Below, in pieces: positions 39,580-50,065 of a stretch of DNA of 64,000 nucleotides (the stretch's first letter is position 1; the number at the start of each line of letters is the position of its first letter). Source of the DNA: Phormidium sp. (GTDB lineage Bacteria > Cyanobacteriota > Cyanobacteriia > Cyanobacteriales > Aerosakkonemataceae); the NCBI GenBank assembly GCA_051013385.1, contig CP143273.1, forward strand, positions 1,536,001 through 1,600,000. The letters run 5' to 3'. The notes below the pieces were generated by a model. It saw only the letters and a program-made list of their open reading frames with translations. It did no database searches and had not been told where the DNA came from. A program made the position numbers and the translations under genes.

Positions 39580-40629
39580 GTGATGACTCAACCTTTGGCA
39601 TCTGCATCTTTTAAAGTTCAGTCTGGTAGTGTTCCCGCTTCCCAACACCAGTCATTAGAATCAAATTATCATTCTCTGGCGGTGCTGTGGGCCAAAAAAT
39701 ATTATCTTTCTGTCACCCGTGATAATTCTCAGGAACGGACAAAAAATGAGAGCCTGGAAGAAGTAAATTCTGGAATAGGTCGGCGGAAAACTGCAAATAA
39801 ATTGATGCAGAATTTGACCTTAGCCAGTGCTCAAGCTTGGTCGTTGACGGAAACTCTGCTTTCGGAAGAGATTCGCCGTCACGGAATAAATCCAGAATTA
39901 ATCAATCCTTTGGAAATTGCGGCGGATACGAGAAATTTGTTTCAAAAAGCTTGGGAAGCTTATGCTGGTGGCGCTGCGCCAGAACGTCTTTCGGTGCTTG
40001 TGGGTAAAGATTGCGGTCGAGTTCGGCAGAAATACACTAGTCAAGATCCGCGTGCGATCGGTTTTGTTAGTATGCAATTTCACTACACCGGACAAAAAAT
40101 TTTAGGATGGCTTTCACCTGCGGAACAAGCGTTATTTACACCTTACTTAAAGGTGATGGACGATCATATGTATATGCCGTTGCAAGCTGCTTACGAAGCG
40201 GCGGCTAATCATGAAGTAAATTCGTCAGCATTATTAGCAGTTCAGCATCTTTTACCAATTAGTACTAGAATTGCTCATGCAGTTTACGATCGTGTGATTC
40301 GTCAACACCCCAGCTATCAAAGTTACTCTGGATCGTTACGTTCAGAAATCGTGAAAATTTCCAGCATTCGTGATGTGGAAATGTTCCAAGTTTACCTGTG
40401 TTTATGTGTTTTAGAAGGTAATATTCGCTCTGTACAACAGGAACTTTTTCCGCTTTGTGTAATGTTATATCCGCGTTTGCAAGTCAGTTGGACTTTAGTG
40501 CAGGAGATGTTAAACAATATACTTTGGGAAATGCACGATCGCTTATCTCTCGATCGCGTAGCACCATTTTTGCCCTATCTCCGCACTTTATCACAAATCT
40601 TCTCTCAAGAGGTGTTTCAAGATAGTTGA
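39580..40629 (+). CDS. Conserved hypothetical protein
   Basis: 349-aa ORF with family-like blocks DPRAIGFVSMQFHYT, KVMDDHMYMP and SSIRDVEMFQVYL. Function not recognised. Confidence 0.7.
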   Translation: MMTQPLASASFKVQSGSVPASQHQSLESNYHSLAVLWAKKYYLSVTRDNSQERTKNESLEEVNSGIGRRKTANKLMQNLTLASAQAWSLTETLLSEEIRRHGINPELINPLEIAADTRNLFQKAWEAYAGGAAPERLSVLVGKDCGRVRQKYTSQDPRAIGFVSMQFHYTGQKILGWLSPAEQALFTPYLKVMDDHMYMPLQAAYEAAANHEVNSSALLAVQHLLPISTRIAHAVYDRVIRQHPSYQSYSGSLRSEIVKISSIRDVEMFQVYLCLCVLEGNIRSVQQELFPLCVMLYPRLQVSWTLVQEMLNNILWEMHDRLSLDRVAPFLPYLRTLSQIFSQEVFQDS

Positions 40630-40637
40630 AAACCAGT

Positions 40638-41486
40638 TTATTCCTCAGCCAAATTAGGTTCTGGAATGGAGAGTGCCAGCTGGTAAATTTGGCGGCGGGG
40701 AAGTGATGTTTGTTGAGCTAACTGACGACTAGCTTCGGAACGAGATAATCCTTGCTTCAGTAAGTTTTGTAATTCGGCTTTAATTGCTGCTTCTGAAAGT
40801 TGGGGTTTTTCTAAGGTAGCGCCTGCAACTACTAAGGTAAATTCGCCTTGAGGTTCGCGGTTGGTATAATGAGCGATCGCATTTGTAATTGTTCCCCGCC
40901 AAAATTCTTCGTGCATTTTGGTTAACTCTCTGGCTAAAACAATCTCTCTTTCTTCCCCCAAAATAGCGCCTAAATCTTGCAAAGTTTCCCGCAAACGGTG
41001 AGGAGATTCGTAAAAAATTATCGTGCGAGTTTCGCTTGTTAATGTTTCCAAATAGGTGCGACGTTCTTTACTTTTAGCTGGTAAAAAGCCCTCAAAAACA
41101 AATTTATTTGTAGCTAATCCAGCCGCACTCAAAGCGGTAATTGCCGCATTTGCGCCGGGAATAGGTACAACAGAAATCCCCTCTGCAACGCAAGCTTTAA
41201 CTAACTCATATCCCGGATCGGAAATTAACGGCATCCCGGCATCTGTGACGAGTGCGATCGCTTTTCCTTGGCTCAATTGTGACAGCAATTCAGGAATTCT
41301 TTGCTGACTATTATGTTCATGATAACTCAATTGTGGCGTTTTAATTTGAAAATGTTGCAGCAACTTTCCCGTATGGCGCGTATCTTCTGCCGCAATTAAA
41401 TCTACAGTTTGTAAAATTCTAATTGCCCGAAAAGTCATATCTTCTAAATTACCGATCGGAGTTGCTACTAAGTAAAGTGTTCCCAT
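40638..41486 (-). CDS. rsmI: 16S rRNA C1402 2'-O-methyltransferase
   Basis: LYLVATPIGNLEDMT, AAEDTR, DAGMP.ISDPG, YESPHR, ARELTK.HEE. Confidence 0.96.
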   Translation of the reverse strand: MGTLYLVATPIGNLEDMTFRAIRILQTVDLIAAEDTRHTGKLLQHFQIKTPQLSYHEHNSQQRIPELLSQLSQGKAIALVTDAGMPLISDPGYELVKACVAEGISVVPIPGANAAITALSAAGLATNKFVFEGFLPAKSKERRTYLETLTSETRTIIFYESPHRLRETLQDLGAILGEEREIVLARELTKMHEEFWRGTITNAIAHYTNREPQGEFTLVVAGATLEKPQLSEAAIKAELQNLLKQGLSRSEASRQLAQQTSLPRRQIYQLALSIPEPNLAEE

Positions 41487-41522
41487 AAATTGTTAATCAT
41501 TTAAATTACTTGTTGAGGCAGC

Positions 41523-41630
41523 TGGGGAGATGGGGAGATGGGGAGATGGGGAGATGGGGAGATGGGGAAATGGGGAAGTTCATTAACTCAAAACTCTCCC
41601 AGTCCCTAGTCCCCAGTCCCCAATCCCAAC
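41523..41630. repeat. STRR tracts (GGGGAGAT, CCCCAGT)
   Basis: Directly visible tandem units. Confidence 0.85.
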
Positions 41631-41652
41631 TCTCTAAACGAGAAACTTTCAC

Positions 41653-43938
41653 CTACTCCTCCATTCCTATAACTTCATATATCAGTTGAGAATTAATTAC
41701 TAACGGACGAGGTGCAGCTATTCCATAGCCTTGAGCATTATCTATTCCCATTTCTTTCATTTTTAGCATAATACTATTATCTGTGACAAACTTGGCAATA
41801 GTTTTAATGCCTAAAATATGAGCAATTCGGTTAATCATATTGATCATTTCATAAGCTATCACATCATCGTTCACTTGTTGAACAAAATTGCCATTAATTT
41901 TCCAATAATCCACAGGGATTTGTTTTAAGTAATTCCCTGAACAAACGCCGATACCAAAGTCATCTAAGGCTAACTTAAAGCCCAAAGATTTCAAAGATTC
42001 TATTAGCTTTGTTGCTACATTAATATTAGAAATTACCACGCTTTCAGAGATTTCAAAACAAATAGATTCAGGCAAAATTTGATAGGTATCTAGTTGTGCC
42101 TTTATAAAATCAACTAATTCCTCATCTTTCACACTAGAAGCTGACAAGTTAATTGCATATAAATAACGGCTTTGTGCTTCCTGACTTTGCTGATGTAATA
42201 TCCCAAAAACAGTATCAATTACCCAGCGATCGATCGTCGTAATTAAATCATAACGTTCTGCCGCAGGTAAAAAAGCCATTGGCGGAATTATTTCCCCATT
42301 TTCATCGACCAAGCGCAGCAAGATTTCTTGAAATTCTAATCGAGATGGCTCAGAATTTAGGGGAAAGATTTGTTGACTATATAAACGGAATTGATTTTTA
42401 GCTAACTTATCTGTTCTCTTCGCAGAAATTGCTTGATTAATCTTCTGTAACCATTGTTCCGCCAGAGTTGTTTGTGCTGTTTCCACTTTATCAGGTTCGT
42501 AAGTATAAATACAATTACGCCCATTATTCTTGGCTTGGTAACAAGCAGCATCAGCCATATTCATTAAGCTTTCTATACTTTTAGTTTCGGCATTAATTGT
42601 CACCAAACCAATACTTACACCAATAGTAAAAGATTGATTATCCCAAATAAAACGAAATTCCCGGATACATTCTAAAAGTGATTGAGCAATAACTTGTCCT
42701 TGCTGAATGGAACAGTTAAACAATAGCAAGCCAAATTCATCGCCGCCCAGTCTTGCCAAAACATCTGTTTGACGCACTTGATTTTGCAACAAATTACTTA
42801 CTTGGCGCAACAGTTCATCACCCGCAGCATGACCGCAAGTATCATTAACAATCTTAAATTTATCTAAGTCTAAATAACACATTGCGTGTTGTTTGTTTTG
42901 GCTTTTAGCTGTTGCCAAACCTTCCTGTAAGCGTTTTCTGAATTCCTGACGATTAATTAATCCTGTAAGTGCATCATGACTAGCTTCCCAAGAAAGTTGT
43001 TGATTTACTTTAGTCAGTAAAGCTGTACGTTCTCCGATTAAATCTTCTAAGCGTTCCTGATATTGCTGTAATTCAATTAATGCTTGTTTGCGCTCGGTAA
43101 TATTTTCGACCATGCGAATATAGAATTGAGGTTTACCCTGGTCATCTCGTACTAGGTAAGCATGAACTTGACACCAAATCATCTGCCCATTTTTGCAAAG
43201 GTAGCGCTTTTCTTTTTGATAGCGATCGCTATCAATTAATGCCTGTCTATTTCTTAACAAATAACGTTTCCCTGGCACAGGATTTTCGCTATTTTCATCT
43301 TCTTTAGGCGAGGGTTGGGGAAGAATATTTTCTGTAAAATCGAAGGTAGTTAATTCTTTCTCGTTGTAACCTAACATTTTTTGCAATGCTGGGTTAATTG
43401 CGATCGTCCTTCCTGCCAAATCAATAATTTCAATCCCCAGACTAACTCCTTCAAAAAGTGAGCGAAAGTGCGCTTCTCTCTGTTTTAATGTTGCTTCAGC
43501 TTGTTGTTTTTCGGCAATTTCTGCTGCTAATTTTTGGTTGGCAATCTCTAATTCTGCTGGATTAGGAAGTGCTAAAGCTTGCGGAATTAAAGGCCACAAT
43601 TCTAAAGCTGTATACATTGAAACTAGTGCCGTCAGCGCTTTCACACCACCAGAAAGCCAGTAAACAGGGTGCCACAGCGTCCAAACTTCCAGCAGGTGAC
43701 TTGTCCCACAAGTAATAATAAAAGTGCCAAACAAGAAAAAAATGCTTTTAAAAGGTAAGTCCTGCCGCTTGTAGGCGAAGTATATCAGCATTAATGGAAT
43801 TGAATAGTAAGCTAATGCAGTCAACCCGTCTGATAGTACGTGCAACCAAACTAAGCCCGGATTCCACAAGTAGCAGTGTCCATGGGGTACAAAATTTTCT
43901 GAGAAAAACAACGCTTTGAATATCTCTTGCATAAACAA
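41653..43938 (-). CDS. Membrane sensor: ethylene-binding-like domain, PAS, GGDEF and degenerate EAL
   Basis: SDGLTALAYYSIP...FIITCGTSHL three-TM block, PAS/PAC, RQTD I-site plus RLGGDEF, and EIL.R / DDFG but with KIN and AKFV variants. Confidence 0.88.
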   Translation of the reverse strand: MFMQEIFKALFFSENFVPHGHCYLWNPGLVWLHVLSDGLTALAYYSIPLMLIYFAYKRQDLPFKSIFFLFGTFIITCGTSHLLEVWTLWHPVYWLSGGVKALTALVSMYTALELWPLIPQALALPNPAELEIANQKLAAEIAEKQQAEATLKQREAHFRSLFEGVSLGIEIIDLAGRTIAINPALQKMLGYNEKELTTFDFTENILPQPSPKEDENSENPVPGKRYLLRNRQALIDSDRYQKEKRYLCKNGQMIWCQVHAYLVRDDQGKPQFYIRMVENITERKQALIELQQYQERLEDLIGERTALLTKVNQQLSWEASHDALTGLINRQEFRKRLQEGLATAKSQNKQHAMCYLDLDKFKIVNDTCGHAAGDELLRQVSNLLQNQVRQTDVLARLGGDEFGLLLFNCSIQQGQVIAQSLLECIREFRFIWDNQSFTIGVSIGLVTINAETKSIESLMNMADAACYQAKNNGRNCIYTYEPDKVETAQTTLAEQWLQKINQAISAKRTDKLAKNQFRLYSQQIFPLNSEPSRLEFQEILLRLVDENGEIIPPMAFLPAAERYDLITTIDRWVIDTVFGILHQQSQEAQSRYLYAINLSASSVKDEELVDFIKAQLDTYQILPESICFEISESVVISNINVATKLIESLKSLGFKLALDDFGIGVCSGNYLKQIPVDYWKINGNFVQQVNDDVIAYEMINMINRIAHILGIKTIAKFVTDNSIMLKMKEMGIDNAQGYGIAAPRPLVINSQLIYEVIGMEE

Positions 43939-44156
43939 TTTCTCTGTTTAAAGATACTGTAAAATTTTCTCTTCTAAGCCAATTTTACAAAAAATATTTC
44001 TAAGATTTTATCTTAAGAATTTAAATTTAATCATTTTAAATATTACTCATCCAGAGTATTAAGTAAGTATTTTGCTCAGACTCGTGATTGATTAAAGACA
44101 GAGAAATATTCTCTCAATTAATGTTAAATTTTAATAGCTGAGTTAGAAGTGAAGTA

Positions 44157-45023
44157 ATGGGTAAACAGGGGCTCTTTGTGGGATTGGTGACGTTAGACTT
44201 AGTTTATTTAACGACAAATCCACCCGGTATAAATCAAAAAATAGTTGCTTTGGATTATACTGTAAGCGCAGGTGGCCCAGCAACAAATGCAGCTGTAACC
44301 TTTAGTTATTGGGAGAATACAGCTAAAATTTTAGGGGTAGTTGGGCAGCATCCAATTAGTCATTTAATTCGCTCTGATTTGGCAAACTATCGGGTAGAAA
44401 TTCAGGATTTAGATCCGGCTCGATTAAACCCAATACCAGTATCTTCTATTTTTGTGACCAATTCTACAGGCGATCGCGCTGTAATTTCGCTCAATGCTAC
44501 TAAATCCCAAGTAGCTGAAGAAAGTATTCCTAGTGATATCTTACAAGATATAGATATCATTTTAATCGATGGTCATCAAATGGCAGTTAGCCAAAAGATT
44601 GCCAAACTGAGTCAAGCAAAAAATATTCCTTTAGTAGTAGATGGTGGCAGTTGGAAACCGGGATTTGAAGAGTTGTTACCCTTCGTAAATTATGCAATAT
44701 GTTCGGCTAATTTTTATCCTCCCGGCTGTGAAACAACAGAGCAAGTAATTGCTTACCTTGCGGCATTAGGTATCCCGGACATTGCCATTACTCAAGGAGA
44801 AAAACCCATCCAATATCTATCTAAAGGCATAGCTGGATCAATAGAAGTTCCGGCAATTAAACCAGTAGATACTTTGGGTGCAGGAGATATTTTTCATGGA
44901 GCCTTCTGCCACTATATCTTGACCCGAGATTTTCTCCCGGCGCTGCAAGAAGCGGCAAAAGTTGCGGCTAAATCTTGTCAATATTTTGGCACAAGACGGT
45001 GGATGTCTGAGGAAATTTCCTGA
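44157..45023 (+). CDS. PfkB-family sugar kinase
   Basis: AGGPATNAA, ITQGEK, VDTLGAGDIFHGAF. Confidence 0.9.
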   Translation: MGKQGLFVGLVTLDLVYLTTNPPGINQKIVALDYTVSAGGPATNAAVTFSYWENTAKILGVVGQHPISHLIRSDLANYRVEIQDLDPARLNPIPVSSIFVTNSTGDRAVISLNATKSQVAEESIPSDILQDIDIILIDGHQMAVSQKIAKLSQAKNIPLVVDGGSWKPGFEELLPFVNYAICSANFYPPGCETTEQVIAYLAALGIPDIAITQGEKPIQYLSKGIAGSIEVPAIKPVDTLGAGDIFHGAFCHYILTRDFLPALQEAAKVAAKSCQYFGTRRWMSEEIS

Positions 45024-45219
45024 CTTTAGTAGCCCAAATGTTTTACTATCAAAGCATAAATAGAAGATCCGAAATATAAATTAAATAAATGCTATTTTAG
45101 TCTATTATCTAGTAGAATCTTGATTAACCAAACAAACTCAGGCTAAACTGGTGAGCAAGTTGCTAAGACTAACGAGTAGCATCAATAAACAGCTGGCGAA
45201 ATTATAAGGAAGTTTAGTA

Positions 45220-46116
45220 GTGTTGAAATATTTAGGGAAAGACCAATTTGAAGGGTTAGAAGAAGCGATCGCGATCGCCAAAACAGTAGGCTGGGGTGCA
45301 GCGGATATCTTGCGCTCTTATTATCGTGGCGAGTCCGATCGCGGCGAATTAAATATCCAACATAAAAAAGAAGGGCCAGTCACAGCAGCAGATATAGTGA
45401 CAAACCAATATATTCTTGACGAATTAGAAGCCAAATTTGGCACCCAAGACTTTGGTTATCTCACAGAAGAAACATATAAATTCGAGTCAAAAGGAGTCAT
45501 GTCTCCCCCATTATCTCAAGAGTGGATTTGGATTATAGACCCCTTAGATGGCACCAGAGATTTTATTGAACAAACAGGCGAATATGCAGTACAAATTGCC
45601 TTAGTTTATCAAAATCGTCCCATAGCTGCCGTAGTAGTTTGGCCGGAAGCAGAAAAATTATATTATGCCATTAAAGGTAGCGGTACTTTTGTCGAAACAC
45701 GCCAGGGAAATCCCAATCCCGTAAAAGTTTCCCAACGCCAAAATCTTGAAGATTTATCATTAGTAGTCAGTCGCACTCACCGAGATGAACGGTTTAACTA
45801 TTTATTGCAAAATTTACCATGCAAAAATCAACAATATGTCGGCAGTGTTGGCTGCAAAATTGCCACGATCGTCGAACAAAGAGCCGATGTTTACATTTCC
45901 CTTTCCGGTAAATCTGCCCCCAAAGATTGGGATATTGCCGCACCAGAATTAATTCTCACCGAAGCCGGAGGAAAATTTACTTATTTAGATGGTTCTCCTC
46001 TAAATTACAATCGCGGAGATGTGAATCAATGGGGTTGCTTAATTGCCAGCAACGGTCAATGTCACGAAGAATTATGTAATCAAACAAAACAAATTTTGGC
46101 ACAATTAGAAAGTTAA
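45220..46116 (+). CDS. cysQ: 3'(2'),5'-bisphosphate nucleotidase (inositol monophosphatase family)
   Basis: PVTAAD, LTEE, WIIDPLDGTRDF, GSVGCK, WDIAAP. Confidence 0.88.
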   Translation: MLKYLGKDQFEGLEEAIAIAKTVGWGAADILRSYYRGESDRGELNIQHKKEGPVTAADIVTNQYILDELEAKFGTQDFGYLTEETYKFESKGVMSPPLSQEWIWIIDPLDGTRDFIEQTGEYAVQIALVYQNRPIAAVVVWPEAEKLYYAIKGSGTFVETRQGNPNPVKVSQRQNLEDLSLVVSRTHRDERFNYLLQNLPCKNQQYVGSVGCKIATIVEQRADVYISLSGKSAPKDWDIAAPELILTEAGGKFTYLDGSPLNYNRGDVNQWGCLIASNGQCHEELCNQTKQILAQLES

Positions 46117-46127
46117 AAATCCACACC

Positions 46128-46234
46128 GTAGGGTGCGTTAGCGCAGGGTAACGCACCTATAATTCCTCGTGAGTCAAGAGAGTACATTGAAGATAGAGGC
46201 AATGGTGCGTTAGCGCCAGCGTAACGCACCCGAC
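46128..46234. repeat. GTAGGGTGCGTTA-family REP-like pair
   Basis: GTAGGGTGCGTTAGCGCAGGGTAACGCACC...GGTGCGTTAGCGCCAGCGTAACGCACCCGAC between convergent genes. Confidence 0.8.
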
Positions 46235-46237
46235 AAA

Positions 46238-46885
46238 TTAATTAATTCGCGTTGCCATCACCGCATAAAAAGGATCGCCACCACCAGCACCAATTAACTG
46301 TAAAATTTTTGGAACAGTGGAGGCACGAATAATTACTTCTGGTTCACTAAAACCGGGAACTAAAGTAAAATAGCGTTTGACTAATTCTACTCGACCAATT
46401 TCCGAATTATCGCGCCATGCAGTAATAGCTTTTTGATAAAACATTCGGTTAGAAAAGCTAATAATTGCGATTCCACCAGGCTTGAGAATGCGATGAATTT
46501 CCGAAAAAATAGCATCCGGGTATTGCAAATACTGCACAGAAACACAGTTAAGAACTGCATCAAAATCTTGATCTGGCAAAGGTAATTTAGGATTCTGGTT
46601 GAGGTTTTGCAAAAAGTAATGATTTAAGCGAGTATTGCGTGCTAATTCCTCTTCGTTCATCCCATGACCTTCCACATGAGCAAATTCTATCTCATCTGGT
46701 AGGTGAGAAACCCAACTACTCATCATATCAAAAATACGAGTATTAGCTTTTAAGCGTTCCTGATACAAATCAGTTAATTTCTGAATAAACCCATCATCTA
46801 CATGAGTAACAAAGCGAGGAAAAGAGTAGAACAGGGAATCATCTGTGTCATCTAACTTAGTGCGTTGATTAGGTCGGAGGAGCAT
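46238..46885 (-). CDS. Class I SAM-dependent methyltransferase
   Basis: FY..PRFVTHVDD, DMMSSWVSHLP, VSVQYL, RILKPGG, FSNRMF. Confidence 0.9.
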   Translation of the reverse strand: MLLRPNQRTKLDDTDDSLFYSFPRFVTHVDDGFIQKLTDLYQERLKANTRIFDMMSSWVSHLPDEIEFAHVEGHGMNEEELARNTRLNHYFLQNLNQNPKLPLPDQDFDAVLNCVSVQYLQYPDAIFSEIHRILKPGGIAIISFSNRMFYQKAITAWRDNSEIGRVELVKRYFTLVPGFSEPEVIIRASTVPKILQLIGAGGGDPFYAVMATRIN

Positions 46886-46947
46886 GACTTGAAAATTATA
46901 AAAACAGCAGCTACTTAGTAATTATAAATAAATGTAACGAATCGGGA

Positions 46948-47142
46948 GCAGAGGGGCAGAGGGGCAGAGGGGCAGAGGGGCAGAGGGGCAGAGGGGCAGA
47001 GGGGCAGAGGGGAGAAAAAAATTTAAACTAACTCTTCAAATCTCCTTACCTCCCTACCTCCCTATCTCTCTGCCCTTCTGCCTTCTAGCTTCTGCCTTCT
47101 GCCCCTCTGCTCCCCTGCTCCTCTGCTCCCCTGCTCCCCTGC
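46948..47142. repeat. STRR tracts (GCAGAGGG, CCTTCTG, CCCCTGCT)
   Basis: Directly visible tandem units forming a loose inverted pair. Confidence 0.85.
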
Positions 47143-47146
47143 CTTT

Positions 47147-47923
47147 TTATGTGGCGCGAGAATCTACTTGTTGTAGGATTTGTTCAACTTGTTTAGCTTT
47201 GGGAAATTCCTTGCGTTTAATGAATATTTCTCTGGCTTTTCTTAAATTAGCAACCCCCTCATCTTTATTACCTTGTTGCAAAAAAGCTAGTCCTAAATTG
47301 GTTAAAGCGTCGGGATATTCAGCATTAATTTTTAAAGCTTCGTTCCACTGCTCAATTGCTTCTGGTAATTGACCTTGTTTAGCTAAAGCGACACCCAAAG
47401 AATTCCGAGCGACGGCGTGTTTAGGATTAATTTCTATTGCTTTGCGATATTCTGCGATCGCGTCTTCTCCTCTACCTTGGCGCTCCAAAATTATTCCTAA
47501 CCTTAAATAAGGAGTTGGTTCTTTAGGAAAAGAAGTAATCAATTGCCTAAAAATTGTTTCCGCAGCAGCCATATTTCCCTGGGTATAAAGCTCAGTACCA
47601 TAACTGACAATTTGCCCATAACCAGAGACAACATCTGTGCAATTTTTCTTGTTATCAGTAGCGTTAACAACACATCTTTGTAACTTTTCTTCCTTAACCT
47701 CATAATCACCTGGACTTGCGGAAGCACCAGGTTGAATTCGTCTTGGTGATGCACCAGGTTGAACTCGCAAACTATCCGCTTGTGCAAAGCTAGGTTGAGC
47801 CAACATTAAAGCCGATGCTCCCCAACCAGCGACGATGCTAAAAGCCATCCAAATTAGCGGTTGATTTAATCCCTTGTTCACGCTGTTAATTTTCATAAGC
47901 CTGCTGTGCTGACTCCTCGACAA
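47147..47923 (-). CDS. Exported TPR-repeat protein
   Basis: Signal-like segment ending SFA-Q, then TPR units such as YLRLG..L...G..EDAIAEYRKAIEINP. Confidence 0.85.
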   Translation of the reverse strand: MSRSQHSRLMKINSVNKGLNQPLIWMAFSIVAGWGASALMLAQPSFAQADSLRVQPGASPRRIQPGASASPGDYEVKEEKLQRCVVNATDNKKNCTDVVSGYGQIVSYGTELYTQGNMAAAETIFRQLITSFPKEPTPYLRLGIILERQGRGEDAIAEYRKAIEINPKHAVARNSLGVALAKQGQLPEAIEQWNEALKINAEYPDALTNLGLAFLQQGNKDEGVANLRKAREIFIKRKEFPKAKQVEQILQQVDSRAT

Positions 47924-48110
47924 TTAGCAATACTACTACTACTGTGACCTTTATTTTCAGCTTTGTAGGTTATCAACCATACTGCATTGCCTTGTAGCAT
48001 ATTCCTTTTTTCTAGTCAAGTAACTGAATGTGCAACAGTTCATCCCATTGTATGAGTTACTAATCTTATGTGCAGAATAAAGATAGGGTAATTAAAGCTA
48101 CAAAATCACA

Positions 48111-50012
48111 ATGCAATCAGCAACATTAGAAAAATCTCAGGCAAATCTGCCACCGCTAATTCCCCGTGAAATTCTGTTCGGGAACCCAGAAAAAACCAGT
48201 CCCAGACTTTCACCAGATGGCAAATATTTGGCGTACATCGCCCCTGACGAGAACAACATCTTGCAAGTTTGGCTGCGAACAGTGGGACAGGAAGATGACC
48301 AAATCATCACCGCAGACAAAAAGCGGGGGATTCGGATTTTCTTCTGGACTTACAACCCCGACCAGCTAATGTATATGCAAGACTCGGACGGCGACGAGAA
48401 TTTTCACCTTTACTTGGTGAACATTAAATCGAAAATTGTCCGAGATTTAACGCCATTTCAAGGAGTCAAAGCAGAACCGATCGATCTAGACCCCAAATTC
48501 CCCAATTTAGTATTAGTGGGAATGAACTTAAACGACCCACAAACATTTGACGTTTTTCGCATCAATTTAGAAAATGGTGCAGTAGAATTCGACACAAAAA
48601 ACCCCGGTAATATTATTAGTTGGACGGCTGACGCTGACTTCCAAATTCGCGCCGCTACAGCGAGCACACCTGATGGCGGTTCGGAATTATTATTTCGGGA
48701 AACAGTTGATAAATCTTGGGAAAGTTTGCGCCGTTGGAGTCCTGATGAAGATGGCGGCGCTGTGGGTTTTTCTGCTGATGGTAAAACCCTTTATATGGAA
48801 GGCAATCATGATGCCAATGCTCAACGTTTAATTGCTTTTGACCTAGCTAATCGTCAAGAAACTGTAATTGCCCAAGACCCACAATATGATGTTGGGGGTG
48901 TGATGATACAACCAATAACGCGAGTTATTGAAGCGGTTTCTTTTTACAAAGATAAGCAGGAATGGCAAATTTTAGACGAAAGCATTGCCGCAGATTTTGC
49001 GGAAATTGCCAAAGTTCGTCCAGGAGAGTTTTTCATCAGCAGTCGAGATTTAGCTGATAAAAATTGGCTAGTTGCTTACATGACTGATGATGGCCCTGTT
49101 TACTATTACGCCTATAATCGGGAGACAAAAACTAGCACTTTTCTGTTTAGTAATCAGCCAAAGTTGGAAGGGTTGCAGTTAGCAGCAATGCAGCCTATTT
49201 CTTATCAAACTAGGGATGGTTTAACTATTCATGGTTACTTAACAACTCCGGTTGGAATTGCTGCCCAAAATTTACCGACTATTCTATTAGTTCATGGTGG
49301 CCCTTGGGCTAGGGATACTTGGGGTTATGACCCGGAAGCGCAATGGTTAGCTAACCGAGGTTATGGGGTTTTACAAGTTAATTTTCGCGGTTCTACTGGT
49401 TACGGCAAAGATTTCTTGAATGCTGCTAATCGGGAATGGGCTGGCAAAATGCACGATGATTTAATTGATGCGGTAAATTGGTTGGTGGAAAAGGGCATTT
49501 CTGACCGAGAAAAAGTTGCCATTATGGGCGGTTCTTATGGTGGTTATGCCACTTTAGTTGGTTTAACTTTTACGCCGGAAGTGTTTGCTTGTGGTGTGGA
49601 TATTGTTGGCCCTAGTAATTTGATGACTTTGTTGCAAACGATTCCTCCTTATTGGGAACCAATGAAGGTGCAAATGTATCATCGTATTGGCAATATGGAG
49701 ACGGAACCGGAGTTTTTGCAAGCGCGATCGCCTTTGTTCTTTTGCGATCGCATTCAAAAACCTTTACTAATAGGTCAAGGTGCCAACGATCCCAGAGTAA
49801 AACAATCAGAAAGTGACCAAATTGTTGAAGCAATGAAAAAAGCAGATTTACCTGTGGAATATGTGCTTTATCCTGATGAAGGTCACGGTTTTGCCCGTCC
49901 CGAAAATCGTCTACATTTCTATGCTGTTGCTGAAGAGTTTCTCGCCAAATATTTAGGCGGTAGATCTGAACCTGCAACTAATATTCAGGGACATTCGGCT
50001 TTGATTAAATAA
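48111..50012 (+). CDS. S9 family peptidase (dipeptidyl/acylaminoacyl peptidase)
   Basis: VHGGPW, NFRGSTGYG, GGSYGGY, GANDPRV, DEGHGF. Confidence 0.93.
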   Translation: MQSATLEKSQANLPPLIPREILFGNPEKTSPRLSPDGKYLAYIAPDENNILQVWLRTVGQEDDQIITADKKRGIRIFFWTYNPDQLMYMQDSDGDENFHLYLVNIKSKIVRDLTPFQGVKAEPIDLDPKFPNLVLVGMNLNDPQTFDVFRINLENGAVEFDTKNPGNIISWTADADFQIRAATASTPDGGSELLFRETVDKSWESLRRWSPDEDGGAVGFSADGKTLYMEGNHDANAQRLIAFDLANRQETVIAQDPQYDVGGVMIQPITRVIEAVSFYKDKQEWQILDESIAADFAEIAKVRPGEFFISSRDLADKNWLVAYMTDDGPVYYYAYNRETKTSTFLFSNQPKLEGLQLAAMQPISYQTRDGLTIHGYLTTPVGIAAQNLPTILLVHGGPWARDTWGYDPEAQWLANRGYGVLQVNFRGSTGYGKDFLNAANREWAGKMHDDLIDAVNWLVEKGISDREKVAIMGGSYGGYATLVGLTFTPEVFACGVDIVGPSNLMTLLQTIPPYWEPMKVQMYHRIGNMETEPEFLQARSPLFFCDRIQKPLLIGQGANDPRVKQSESDQIVEAMKKADLPVEYVLYPDEGHGFARPENRLHFYAVAEEFLAKYLGGRSEPATNIQGHSALIK

Positions 50013-50017
50013 GATTA

Positions 50018-50060
50018 GGTACGTTGTTGCGCTTTAGCGAAGACAGCGCAACAACGTACC
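50018..50060. repeat. Short REP-like hairpin, GTACGTTGTTG family
   Basis: GGTACGTTGTTGCGCTTTAGCGAAGACAGCGCAACAACGTACC between convergent genes. Confidence 0.85.
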
Positions 50061-50065
50061 CTTAA

